Translations under genes and position numbers: made by a program
Notes under the pieces: generated by a model
Seen by the model: only the letters and a program-made list of their open reading frames with translations
The model's database searches: none
Told to the model about the DNA's origin: nothing
From: a virus
Taxonomy: Duplodnaviria > Caudoviricetes
Reading direction: 5' to 3' (one strand)
DNA length: 64,000 nucleotides
Virus record (IMG/VR): IMGVR_UViG_2824317532_000002
Coordinates: 1 to 64,000 of that record
Shown here: positions 49,160-56,478 of the stretch, one piece after another
Position numbering within the stretch: position 1 is the first letter of the stretch
How the letters are laid out: the number at the start of each line of letters is the position of its first letter

Positions 49160-49483
49160 CTACTCCTTGCGAGTGCGCTCTTCCGCGCACACCTCGCGCC
49201 ACTGCTCGATAACCTGGCCACGCAGGATCGTCAGGCCGGAAACCATGTCGTCGAGCGTGTCGATCAAGTGGCTCAGCGCGTCTGATCGGTTCTCCGGGTA
49301 CTCGCCCGCCTCCCTGGCGCGCAGTGTCGCGTTCTCGCCAGGCTTGCGGTCCGGCGGCGACACGTACACCGTGCCCGACACATCCCAGATGCCCTGGAGC
49401 GTCGCCGCGCCAGCACGGACCGCGCGCAGGACTTTCAGGATGTGGCGACGACTCGCGGCACGCGGGCTACCGGAACGGCTCAC
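49160..49483 (-). CDS. Hypothetical early protein
   Basis: GTGA overlap with upstream gene. Confidence 0.55.
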   Translation of the reverse strand: MSRSGSPRAASRRHILKVLRAVRAGAATLQGIWDVSGTVYVSPPDRKPGENATLRAREAGEYPENRSDALSHLIDTLDDMVSGLTILRGQVIEQWREVCAEERTRKE

Positions 49484-49836
49484 CGGGTCACGCCCACGGC
49501 GTCAGCGATCACGAGCAGGTCATCGGCCGTACGGTGGTCGAGCCAGACGACGCTGTACGCCAAACCCAGGTCATGCGTGCAGTCACCGTCAAGGCGCGAC
49601 GGACCGTAGACGGTACCCTCACGGTCGCGCTCCACCATGAGATCAATCTCCAGCGCGGCCGGAGCGCATGACTGCGGACCTTCCGGGTCTTCCGGATTGT
49701 TCGGCATCCATGCCAGTTCGCCGCGCTCCAGCTCGGCACGCAAGTACTCCCACGCCTCACGGGCAGTGTCGAATACCGGCGGCTCGTCATCCATCGGCAG
49801 GTAGCCAGGGATGTTCACGTAGGCAGTAAATGACAT
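49480..49836 (-). CDS. Acidic early protein
   Basis: NIPGYLPMDDEPPVFDT..EAW; RBS. Confidence 0.7.
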   Translation of the reverse strand: MSFTAYVNIPGYLPMDDEPPVFDTAREAWEYLRAELERGELAWMPNNPEDPEGPQSCAPAALEIDLMVERDREGTVYGPSRLDGDCTHDLGLAYSVVWLDHRTADDLLVIADAVGVTR

Positions 49837-49865
49837 TGCATTCCCTCTCTGCGGGCATTCTTACG

Positions 49866-49918
49866 TGCCCCGGGCAGGGATCGAACCTGCATTCGCACGC
49901 CTGTTGTGCGCCCGGGGC
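49866..49918 (-). ncRNA. D-arm-less tRNA-like element
   Basis: GCCCCGG-G-CGCAC(AACAGGC)GTGCG-AAT-GCAGG(TTCGATC)CCTGC-CCGGGGC-A. Confidence 0.7.
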
Positions 49919-49923
49919 CAACA

Positions 49924-50283
49924 TCAGTTGTCGAGCAGCAAATCGGTCATGTCATCGGGCTCCGGCAGGTAGTGCGCGCCAAGCGCATCGCGCGTGTCGG
50001 CACTAGACAGGCTCAGCGCGTCCGTAAGGATGGCCTTCCACCACTCATCCATCGGCGCTTCTTCCAGCCATTCCGAGAGCAGGTTCGCGACCGCGATTCC
50101 AACCACGCGCACGCAGTCGGAATAGTCGGCACCGTGCGCATAGGCCGCCCGGTATGCATCCTGGCTCGGCGGGACTGATCCCATGTCGTTAACGATTGCC
50201 TCCTGCGCGGCTTCCGTGATCGCGTAGTAGCGCGCGAAGTCATTGTTGTCAGCGATAAGTGTCACGGCGTCAATGAGACTCAT
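49924..50283 (-). CDS. Acidic early protein
   Basis: 119 aa, Asp/Glu-rich; GAGAGG RBS. Confidence 0.7.
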   Translation of the reverse strand: MSLIDAVTLIADNNDFARYYAITEAAQEAIVNDMGSVPPSQDAYRAAYAHGADYSDCVRVVGIAVANLLSEWLEEAPMDEWWKAILTDALSLSSADTRDALGAHYLPEPDDMTDLLLDN

Positions 50284-50343
50284 TGGGGTTTCCTCTCAGC
50301 ATTGCCCACGGAATGCAGGCAGGGGGGTGAAGGCGAATTCGGA

Positions 50344-50715
50344 TCAGTACTGCGGAAGGTCTTTCCAGCCGTCCACATCTTTGCCGCCGTCCGTGACGAA
50401 ACGGTGTTCCAGGTAAGCGAGCATCGCCGTGCGAATCGCAAGGTCCGATTCGGTAGGGTCGCCATGCGGAGAATCCATCCACCAGCCAAAGAGGGATTCG
50501 TCCATGTAATCCACTGGCGTTGCGAATTGATCCTCAGCGTGGTTGAAGTCGTATGGGAAGGCAAAGTTTCCTGTGCTGTCAAACCAGCAGGAAGCCCAGT
50601 TCCACGTGTAGGCGTGCGCGAACTGGCGCGCGGCGCGATCGGAAATGATGGCGTCATTCGCGTTAGCCTCGCGAGCCTCAGCCAGCGACCAGCTACTCAC
50701 GTGCGCATTTCCCAT
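50344..50715 (-). CDS. Acidic aromatic-rich early protein
   Basis: 123 aa, many D/E and W/F. Confidence 0.7.
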   Translation of the reverse strand: MGNAHVSSWSLAEAREANANDAIISDRAARQFAHAYTWNWASCWFDSTGNFAFPYDFNHAEDQFATPVDYMDESLFGWWMDSPHGDPTESDLAIRTAMLAYLEHRFVTDGGKDVDGWKDLPQY

Positions 50716-50746
50716 TAGGCCGTTCCGTTCTCTCGGTATTGCGGAG

Positions 50747-50794
50747 TGCCGTACCGGGCCATGACACCCGTGCCCGCCTACGCGGGAGTACGGC
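50747..50794 (-). ncRNA. Second tRNA-like three-way junction
   Basis: GCCGTAC-T-CCCGC(GTAG)GCGGG-CA-CGGGT(GTCATG)GCCCG-GTACGGC-A. Confidence 0.55.
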
Positions 50795-50800
50795 CGTGAA

Positions 50801-51178
50801 TCATTCGCGCGACATCTGAGCGGAGTAGTTCAGGAACGTTTGGCCAGACATGCCCGTGCCGTACCGGCTGGCGCAGTTCGGGCAGAGGTAGTAGCCATCG
50901 GCCGGAACGCTGTCGATGAACACGCGCGCCGGAATGGTGCGGAACCGTGCCGTGTCCATGTGGCAAATGAGGCACAGCTCGCCGCGCTCACCGCTCTTCG
51001 CATAGAACGCCAGCGTTTCCACCAGGGTCCATGCCGCACGATGAGCCTCTTCGCAGGTCCACAGGTACGCGTTCCGGTCCTGGGGCAGGCCCGTCTCGTC
51101 GGCCTTCCGCGCAGCTCTACTGATCTTGAGATCCCAGAGGTCCCGTAGGTCAACAATCAAACGCAATTCAGGGGTCAT
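50801..51178 (-). CDS. Zn-finger early protein
   Basis: CLIC...LCPNC; GGAG RBS. Confidence 0.65.
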   Translation of the reverse strand: MTPELRLIVDLRDLWDLKISRAARKADETGLPQDRNAYLWTCEEAHRAAWTLVETLAFYAKSGERGELCLICHMDTARFRTIPARVFIDSVPADGYYLCPNCASRYGTGMSGQTFLNYSAQMSRE

Positions 51179-51242
51179 GGTAAGACTCCATTTCGTGAGG
51201 GAGGAATTGCAGGGGGAAGTGCCTCGGATCTCAGTCCGTGAG

Positions 51243-51317
51243 TGGCAGGCCATCATCGGGCACGGAATGCCAATCCGCGCGACGGTATGACCCGTTTCCG
51301 GGTCCACCGTTTCGGCC
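51243..51317 (-). ncRNA. Type II hammerhead ribozyme (variant core, pseudoknot)
   Basis: GGCC-GAAA-stem III-GUC-stem I-CCGAUGA-U-GGCC-UGCCA; three helices pair and loop I is complementary to the 3' tail. Confidence 0.85.
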
Positions 51318-51323
51318 GTGAAA

Positions 51324-51971
51324 TCAGACCAGCGCGGGTCGTCCGAGCGATTTCCGCTTGAGGTTGCGAAGCGAGATCAGTAGGAACTTCTCGGCCGAGT
51401 CACCCCAGATCACATCGTTACCGGAACACTCCGGGTAGAAGTCGTCCTCGCTCACCGCCTGCCAGAAACCCTGTTCGATTTCCTCGCGAGTGAATTCGTC
51501 CGCCACTTCCTGCCACCACTCCGGAAGGTCGGAGTACAGATCGGCGAACAGGTAGCCGCTGAATGACTCGTGAGCAGCCTCGTATTCAAGCTCACTCAAG
51601 TCGGACTCGTCGTAAACCGGGTACTGCTCTTTCAGGCCGATGACCGTGTTGATCAGGCGATCCGAAACCGAGTGCAGGAAGAACCCGAGTCCGTCGCACC
51701 CGGTGTATCCGACACGAAAGAACGCCATGCCGTAATCGCGCTCCAAGCTGCGGAAGTTGCTGATCTCCCAGAATGAGACCTGTCCCGCCCAATCCTCAGA
51801 GATCGCGCCGTCCACCTCGACAAACGGGCGCTCCGTCTCGTCGTAAGCGAACGGGTGAGCGTAAGCGGAGTGAATCCGGCCCTTCTCGTAAACGTCGGCC
51901 GGATCGGCGTAGCGCACGCTGAAACCAGCGCGCTTCAAATCGTCGATACGCTCTGCAAGCTTGACGTTCAT
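51324..51971 (-). CDS. Highly acidic first early protein
   Basis: 215 aa; YPVYDESDLSELEYE; first gene after the leftward promoter. Confidence 0.75.
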   Translation of the reverse strand: MNVKLAERIDDLKRAGFSVRYADPADVYEKGRIHSAYAHPFAYDETERPFVEVDGAISEDWAGQVSFWEISNFRSLERDYGMAFFRVGYTGCDGLGFFLHSVSDRLINTVIGLKEQYPVYDESDLSELEYEAAHESFSGYLFADLYSDLPEWWQEVADEFTREEIEQGFWQAVSEDDFYPECSGNDVIWGDSAEKFLLISLRNLKRKSLGRPALV

Positions 51972-52042
51972 GCCCTGCCTTTCGGGTGCTGAGTAAACAC
52001 TAGGCTCGCTCGGTTCGCTGCGCTGCCGAACCGATGGGAAGA

Positions 52043-52071
52043 ACGCTAGTCCAGGACAAGACTAAACACAA
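52043..52071 (-). promoter_or_regulatory. Putative major early leftward promoter with operator in the spacer
   Basis: TTGTGT-N17-TAGCGT; 13-bp motif at 52057-52069; 5' hairpin TCGGTTCG/CGAACCGA. Confidence 0.6.
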
Positions 52072-52394
52072 GTCCGGGGTGGAACTTTCTTGTTTTCCCT
52101 GCTCAGAACGCCTGTCAGGCGCTGGGACGCGAGGCCTGCGCGCCCATGGGCACGGCTACCAGGCAGAGGCGTTCGCCCCGCCCGTGAACGTCACGCTGCG
52201 GTCCGCTCGCGCCTCCGCACGTGTAGCCGTGACCCTCGCATGCGTGCGCGCGCCTGCGTGCCTCTCAGGTCCACGGGTGCCCATGCAGCGGCGAGGTGCC
52301 CTAGTCGCATGACACAGCCGGCATCTCACTGGCCTAGTCACTAGGACAGTAGTCATCTGACAGCTTGCCGTATCCCAGCGTGACTCACCCGTTA

Positions 52395-52470
52395 CCGGGG
52401 GTATGACCCCCTGCGAGCTGGGACGCTCACCGGCCGTGGCTAGCACCTGAGATTCTGCCACGGTTCCAAA
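52395..52470. other. Candidate cos site of prophage 2 (near CGGCCGTGGCT, 52431-52441)
   Basis: Lies between divergent arms after GGGGGTATGACCCCC; resemblance to cluster A/BD end sequences is from memory only. Confidence 0.35.
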
Positions 52471-52989
52471 GTCGCCCAAGACGCGACGAAGCGCCGCCAC
52501 CCGATGGGCAACGGCGCTGGTCAGACAGTGTTCCGGCGGCGAGCTAGTCCTCGTACATGGCTGCCCGGTTCGCCTCCTGAAATTCCTCCTGGCTGAGGTC
52601 GCCGGCAAGGTGCATGCCCAGGGTTGTGTAGGTGACGTGAGCGACTTCCAGGCGCTGCATCACCGATCAGCCCGTGATGGTCTCTCATGTTCTTACCTGG
52701 CTGCCCGACCTACGCGGCCACGGTACCAAGGCCGATCCGTCCTGTAAGTGAACGAGGCCAGGACGATTGCGGTGTATGGCCGGTTGGTCTCATCGAAGGA
52801 AGCGGCTCCCATAGGACATGACTATACACGACCGGGGCCTTCGGCCCCACGAGCGGGTTAGCCGGCTAGCAAGGGATTCCGCTGCCTTCTCTTCGCCGAT
52901 GCATGGGGCCTCCGGCCCCTGTGGGTTTCCTTCGCCGCTGGGCGATCACATGGCTGGTTCTCTTGGAAGGGTTCAAGAGCATGGTTTGG

Positions 52990-53163
52990 GTGCACTCCAC
53001 TGCACCCCGGTTACGAACTAGAGTTCACCCCGGTCAGGAACTACAGTGCACCCCGGTTGCCGGACCGGGGTGAATCCCACTGCACCCCTGTGGATAAACC
53101 GGGGTGAACTGCGCTGCACCCCGCCTGAGCTGCGAAAACAAGCCGGGGTGAACTGGAGTGCAC
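52990..53163. repeat. CACCCC(GGT) iteron-like array with DnaA box
   Basis: Direct copies at 53003, 53026, 53049 (23-bp period), inverted copies, TGTGGATAA at 53089-53097. Confidence 0.7.
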
Positions 53164-53491
53164 CTCGGTCTGCCGCCGACGCAATCCCGGGGTCGTGACC
53201 TGAACCACAGCCAACCTCCGTTAGCCCGAGCTGAACCCGTACTACTAGTGAAGGGGTTAACCAGTAAGCCTGCTGACCAGCTAGCCAACTACCGAGCTAG
53301 CCCAGTAGAGAGCTAGGAAGTTAGAGAGCTTGGATCTGACGAGCCAACCCGCTGACCCGGTTGGAAGTTGGAGAGATGAAGAGCTTGGATCTAACCCGCT
53401 AGCCGGTTAACCCCAGCAGACCAGGTCTCGGGTCTACGCCTACGGGCAAACGTAGCCGAGACCTACAGCAAGACAGTACTGGTGGTGACTC

Positions 53492-53809
53492 GTGGGCAAC
53501 GGCAGATGGCAAGGTAGTGATCGCCGGCAGCGACTCCCCCAGAACTGGCCATCCATTCAGCGACGCATTCTCAAGAACGCTGAATTCCGGTGCACCGTGA
53601 GAACCGAGGGGAAACGGTGCACCGAGCAGGCGACGGAAGTCGACCACATTCGTGCTGGTGACGATCATCGAGATTCCAACCTGAGAGCTATCTGCGGATG
53701 GCATCACCAGCAGAAATCATCCCGTGAAGGCGGGGAGGCGTACGCCGCGAACCGGCGACGCCAGGCCGCCAAGTTCAAGCGCACAGAGGCACACCCCGGC
53801 CTGCTGTAG
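53492..53809 (+). CDS. HNH endonuclease
   Basis: ATEVDHI..GDDH..SNLRAICGWHH. Confidence 0.9.
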   Translation: MGNGRWQGSDRRQRLPQNWPSIQRRILKNAEFRCTVRTEGKRCTEQATEVDHIRAGDDHRDSNLRAICGWHHQQKSSREGGEAYAANRRRQAAKFKRTEAHPGLL

Positions 53810-53901
53810 CGCTGCGGCGAGGGTCGAGGGCTCTCCCCTTGCTGCTTGTGCCCCAGCTCGCCCCTCTCCGAGCTGGGGCCTTCAACGTTTCCGGAGGTGC
53901 C

Positions 53902-54363
53902 GTGAGCCTGCATACGGTTCCGCTTACACGCACTCAGGCCAACGACCTGATTGCCCGCCGGCACCGGCACCACAAGCCTGTTCACGGGCTCCGGTTCGCG
54001 ATCGGCCTGGTCGACGAGGTCGGCCAGCTCCGCGGCGCAGCGGTTGTTGGCCGACCGGTGGCACGCATGACCGACCCGTACCGGGTTGCGGAGGTGACCC
54101 GCCTCGTCACTGATGGGGTGCCGAACGGCTGCTCAATGCTCTACCAGGCGGCAGCCAGGGCCGCGAAGGCTATGGGCTACGAGCGCATTCAGACCTTCAT
54201 CCTCTTGAGCGAGCCAGGCACCTCACTTCGGGCTTCCGGTTGGGAGATGGATCGAACCACGAAGCCTGAGGGGTGGTCGAGGCCGAGCCGCATTCGAGAA
54301 GACGAGCACCCCACCGAGGCCAAGATGCGCTGGTATCGGCAGCTCAACACGCCACGCCTGTAG
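53902..54363 (+). CDS. XF1762-family / Mom-like GNAT-fold protein
   Basis: HRHHKP, VGRPVAR, EVTRLVTDG, NGCSMLY, EPGTSLRASGW. Confidence 0.8.
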   Translation: MSLHTVPLTRTQANDLIARRHRHHKPVHGLRFAIGLVDEVGQLRGAAVVGRPVARMTDPYRVAEVTRLVTDGVPNGCSMLYQAAARAAKAMGYERIQTFILLSEPGTSLRASGWEMDRTTKPEGWSRPSRIREDEHPTEAKMRWYRQLNTPRL

Positions 54364-54375
54364 GAGGTGATCGCC

Positions 54376-54807
54376 TTGCCAGGTCCCGTACCGAACCGCG
54401 AGGCGGACCTCGCCCGGCCCCGTGAGCGCAAGGGTGCCGACCAGCAGTCGGTGACCCGCGGAACCGCTCGGCCGGCGAAAGCCCCGAACGCTGATCGGTC
54501 CTGGCACCCGATCGCCCAGCGACTCTGGGATGCCGCGAAGGAGTCCGGCCAGTCGGACTTCTATCAGGCGTCCGACTGGGCACTGCTGTACTCGCTGTGC
54601 GAAGACCTCAGTGTTTACAAGAAGTCCACGAAACGGTCCGGCCAGATGCTCCAGACCATTTACTCCGCATTCGAGCGCCTACTGATCGCCGAAGGCGACC
54701 GGCGCCGAGTGCGCATCGAACTGCACGAACCCGAGGACGAGACCGCCACGCCAGCCAGCGTGACCGTCATGAACGAGTACAGGGCGGCCCTCGGCATCGC
54801 GAACTAA
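54376..54807 (+). CDS. Terminase small subunit
   Basis: PGPVPNR, WHPIA, SGQSDFYQASDW, EGDRRRVRIEL. Confidence 0.85.
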   Translation: MPGPVPNREADLARPRERKGADQQSVTRGTARPAKAPNADRSWHPIAQRLWDAAKESGQSDFYQASDWALLYSLCEDLSVYKKSTKRSGQMLQTIYSAFERLLIAEGDRRRVRIELHEPEDETATPASVTVMNEYRAALGIAN

Positions 54808-54822
54808 CCGAGGGGGTGAGGC

Positions 54823-56463
54823 ATGGCTGCGGCCACCCTGACCCCCGAGGAGATTGAAGCACTGGAGCCCGACTTCTACGGGCCGACCTGGCAGCGCAAC
54901 GACGACGGCTCCTGGCACCTGCCTCGCTGGACGCTCGGATGGCAGATCGCCGCCTGGTGCGCCGAGTACCTGCGTGCCGAGGACGGCGGGCCCTGGCGGT
55001 TCACGCCGGAGCAACTGCGCTTCATCTTGTGGTGGTACGCGGTCGACGAGAGCGGCCGGTTCGTCTACCGCAAGGGAGTTCTGCAGCGGCTCAAGGGCTG
55101 GGGTAAGGACCCGATCGTTGCGGTCATGTGCCTGGTCGAGCTGGCCGGGCCGAGCCGGTTCTCGCACTTTGAGCTGGATCAGGCGTTCGGCGTGCCGCAC
55201 CCGCAAGCCTGGGTTCAGGTCGCCGCGGTTTCGCGTGACCAGACCCGCAACACCATGACGCTGTTCCCCTCGCTGATGAGCGACAGGTTCATCGAGACCT
55301 ACGGCATCAAGGCGGGCGCCGAGCTGATCCGTGCGAACGGTGGCCGGCAGCGCCTCGAAGCGGTGACCAGCTCCTATCGGGCGCTGGAAGGTGGCCGCTC
55401 GACGTTCGTCGTCCTGAACGAGACGCACCACTGGATCGCCGGGAACAACGGCCACCAGATGTACGACACGATCGACGGCAACACGACCAAAAAGGACTCC
55501 CGGTATTTGGCGATCACCAACGCCTTCTTGCCTGGTGAGGACTCGGTTGCCGAGAAGATGCGCCTGGCCTGGGAGAAGATTCGCGAGGGTAAGGCAATCG
55601 ATGTCGGCTTCCTCTACGACTCGATCGAGGCGCACCCGAAGACCCCGTTGACGCCTGAGGCGTTGCGGATCGTCCTGCCGAAGATTCGCGGCGACGCGGT
55701 CTGGCTCCGGGTCGAGACGATCATCCAGTCGGTTCTCGACCTGACGATCGCGGCCAGCCGGTCGCGTCGGATGTGGCTCAACCAGATCGTCGCCGAAGAG
55801 GACGCGCTCTTCTCGTCGGCCCAGTGGGTTCCGCTGGAGATCGAAGGCGCGATCCTCAAGCCTGGCGACGAGATCACGCTCGGGTTCGACGGCGGTAAAA
55901 CCGATGATGCCACCGCCCTTGTGGCTCTCCGGCGGTCGGACAACTGCGCGTTCGTGCTTGGCCTGTTCGAGAAGCCGGACGGTCCGGCCGGCGAAGGCTG
56001 GCGGGTCAGTCAGGCGGCGGTCGACTCGGTAGTGCATGACGCGTTCCGCCTGTTCAAGGTGCTCGGGTTCTACGCCGACGTGGCGTTGTGGGAGTCCTAC
56101 ATCACTGCGTGGACGGAGACGTACGGCGAGGGCCTGAGCGTCAAGGCGGGTGCCGGAGGCGCGATTGCCTGGGACATGCGGACCAGCTTGAAGCGCTCAA
56201 CCATGGCGCATGAGCGCCTGATGCAATCCGTGTTCGACGGCAAGATCCACCATGACGGTGACCTGGCGCTGCGGCGCCACGTGCTCAACGCACATCGCCG
56301 TGTCAACAACTACGGCATCAGCTTCGGCAAGGCCGGCGGGCGCGAGTCGCCCCGCAAGGTCGACGCCTACGCGGCCCTGATGCTCGCCCACGAGGCGATG
56401 CACGACTTCCGTACCCGCGGCAAGCGCGTCAAGGAGCGCTCAGGTCGCGGCTATTTCCTCTGA
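54823..56463 (+). CDS. Terminase large subunit
   Basis: RLKGWGKDP, LNETHHW, GFDGGKTDDAT, KVDAYAA. Confidence 0.95.
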   Translation: MAAATLTPEEIEALEPDFYGPTWQRNDDGSWHLPRWTLGWQIAAWCAEYLRAEDGGPWRFTPEQLRFILWWYAVDESGRFVYRKGVLQRLKGWGKDPIVAVMCLVELAGPSRFSHFELDQAFGVPHPQAWVQVAAVSRDQTRNTMTLFPSLMSDRFIETYGIKAGAELIRANGGRQRLEAVTSSYRALEGGRSTFVVLNETHHWIAGNNGHQMYDTIDGNTTKKDSRYLAITNAFLPGEDSVAEKMRLAWEKIREGKAIDVGFLYDSIEAHPKTPLTPEALRIVLPKIRGDAVWLRVETIIQSVLDLTIAASRSRRMWLNQIVAEEDALFSSAQWVPLEIEGAILKPGDEITLGFDGGKTDDATALVALRRSDNCAFVLGLFEKPDGPAGEGWRVSQAAVDSVVHDAFRLFKVLGFYADVALWESYITAWTETYGEGLSVKAGAGGAIAWDMRTSLKRSTMAHERLMQSVFDGKIHHDGDLALRRHVLNAHRRVNNYGISFGKAGGRESPRKVDAYAALMLAHEAMHDFRTRGKRVKERSGRGYFL

Positions 56464-56478
56464 GCGAGGTGTTTACTC

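Noticed and set aside
50284-50343. Fourth early-operon spacer as another tRNA-like element
   Set aside because: Only a single weak hairpin; no three-way junction
52990-53170. Possible CRISPR array
   Set aside because: Repeats are only 9-12 bp, in mixed orientation, with short spacers; no cas genes
53335-53372. CTGACGAG followed by a CCAACC/GGTTGG hairpin, resembling a hammerhead 5' core
   Set aside because: No CGAAA after the stem and no stem I/III pairing found
54611-54623. GTGTTTACAAGAA resembling the 13-bp motif
   Set aside because: Inside terS coding sequence and the 3' half does not match
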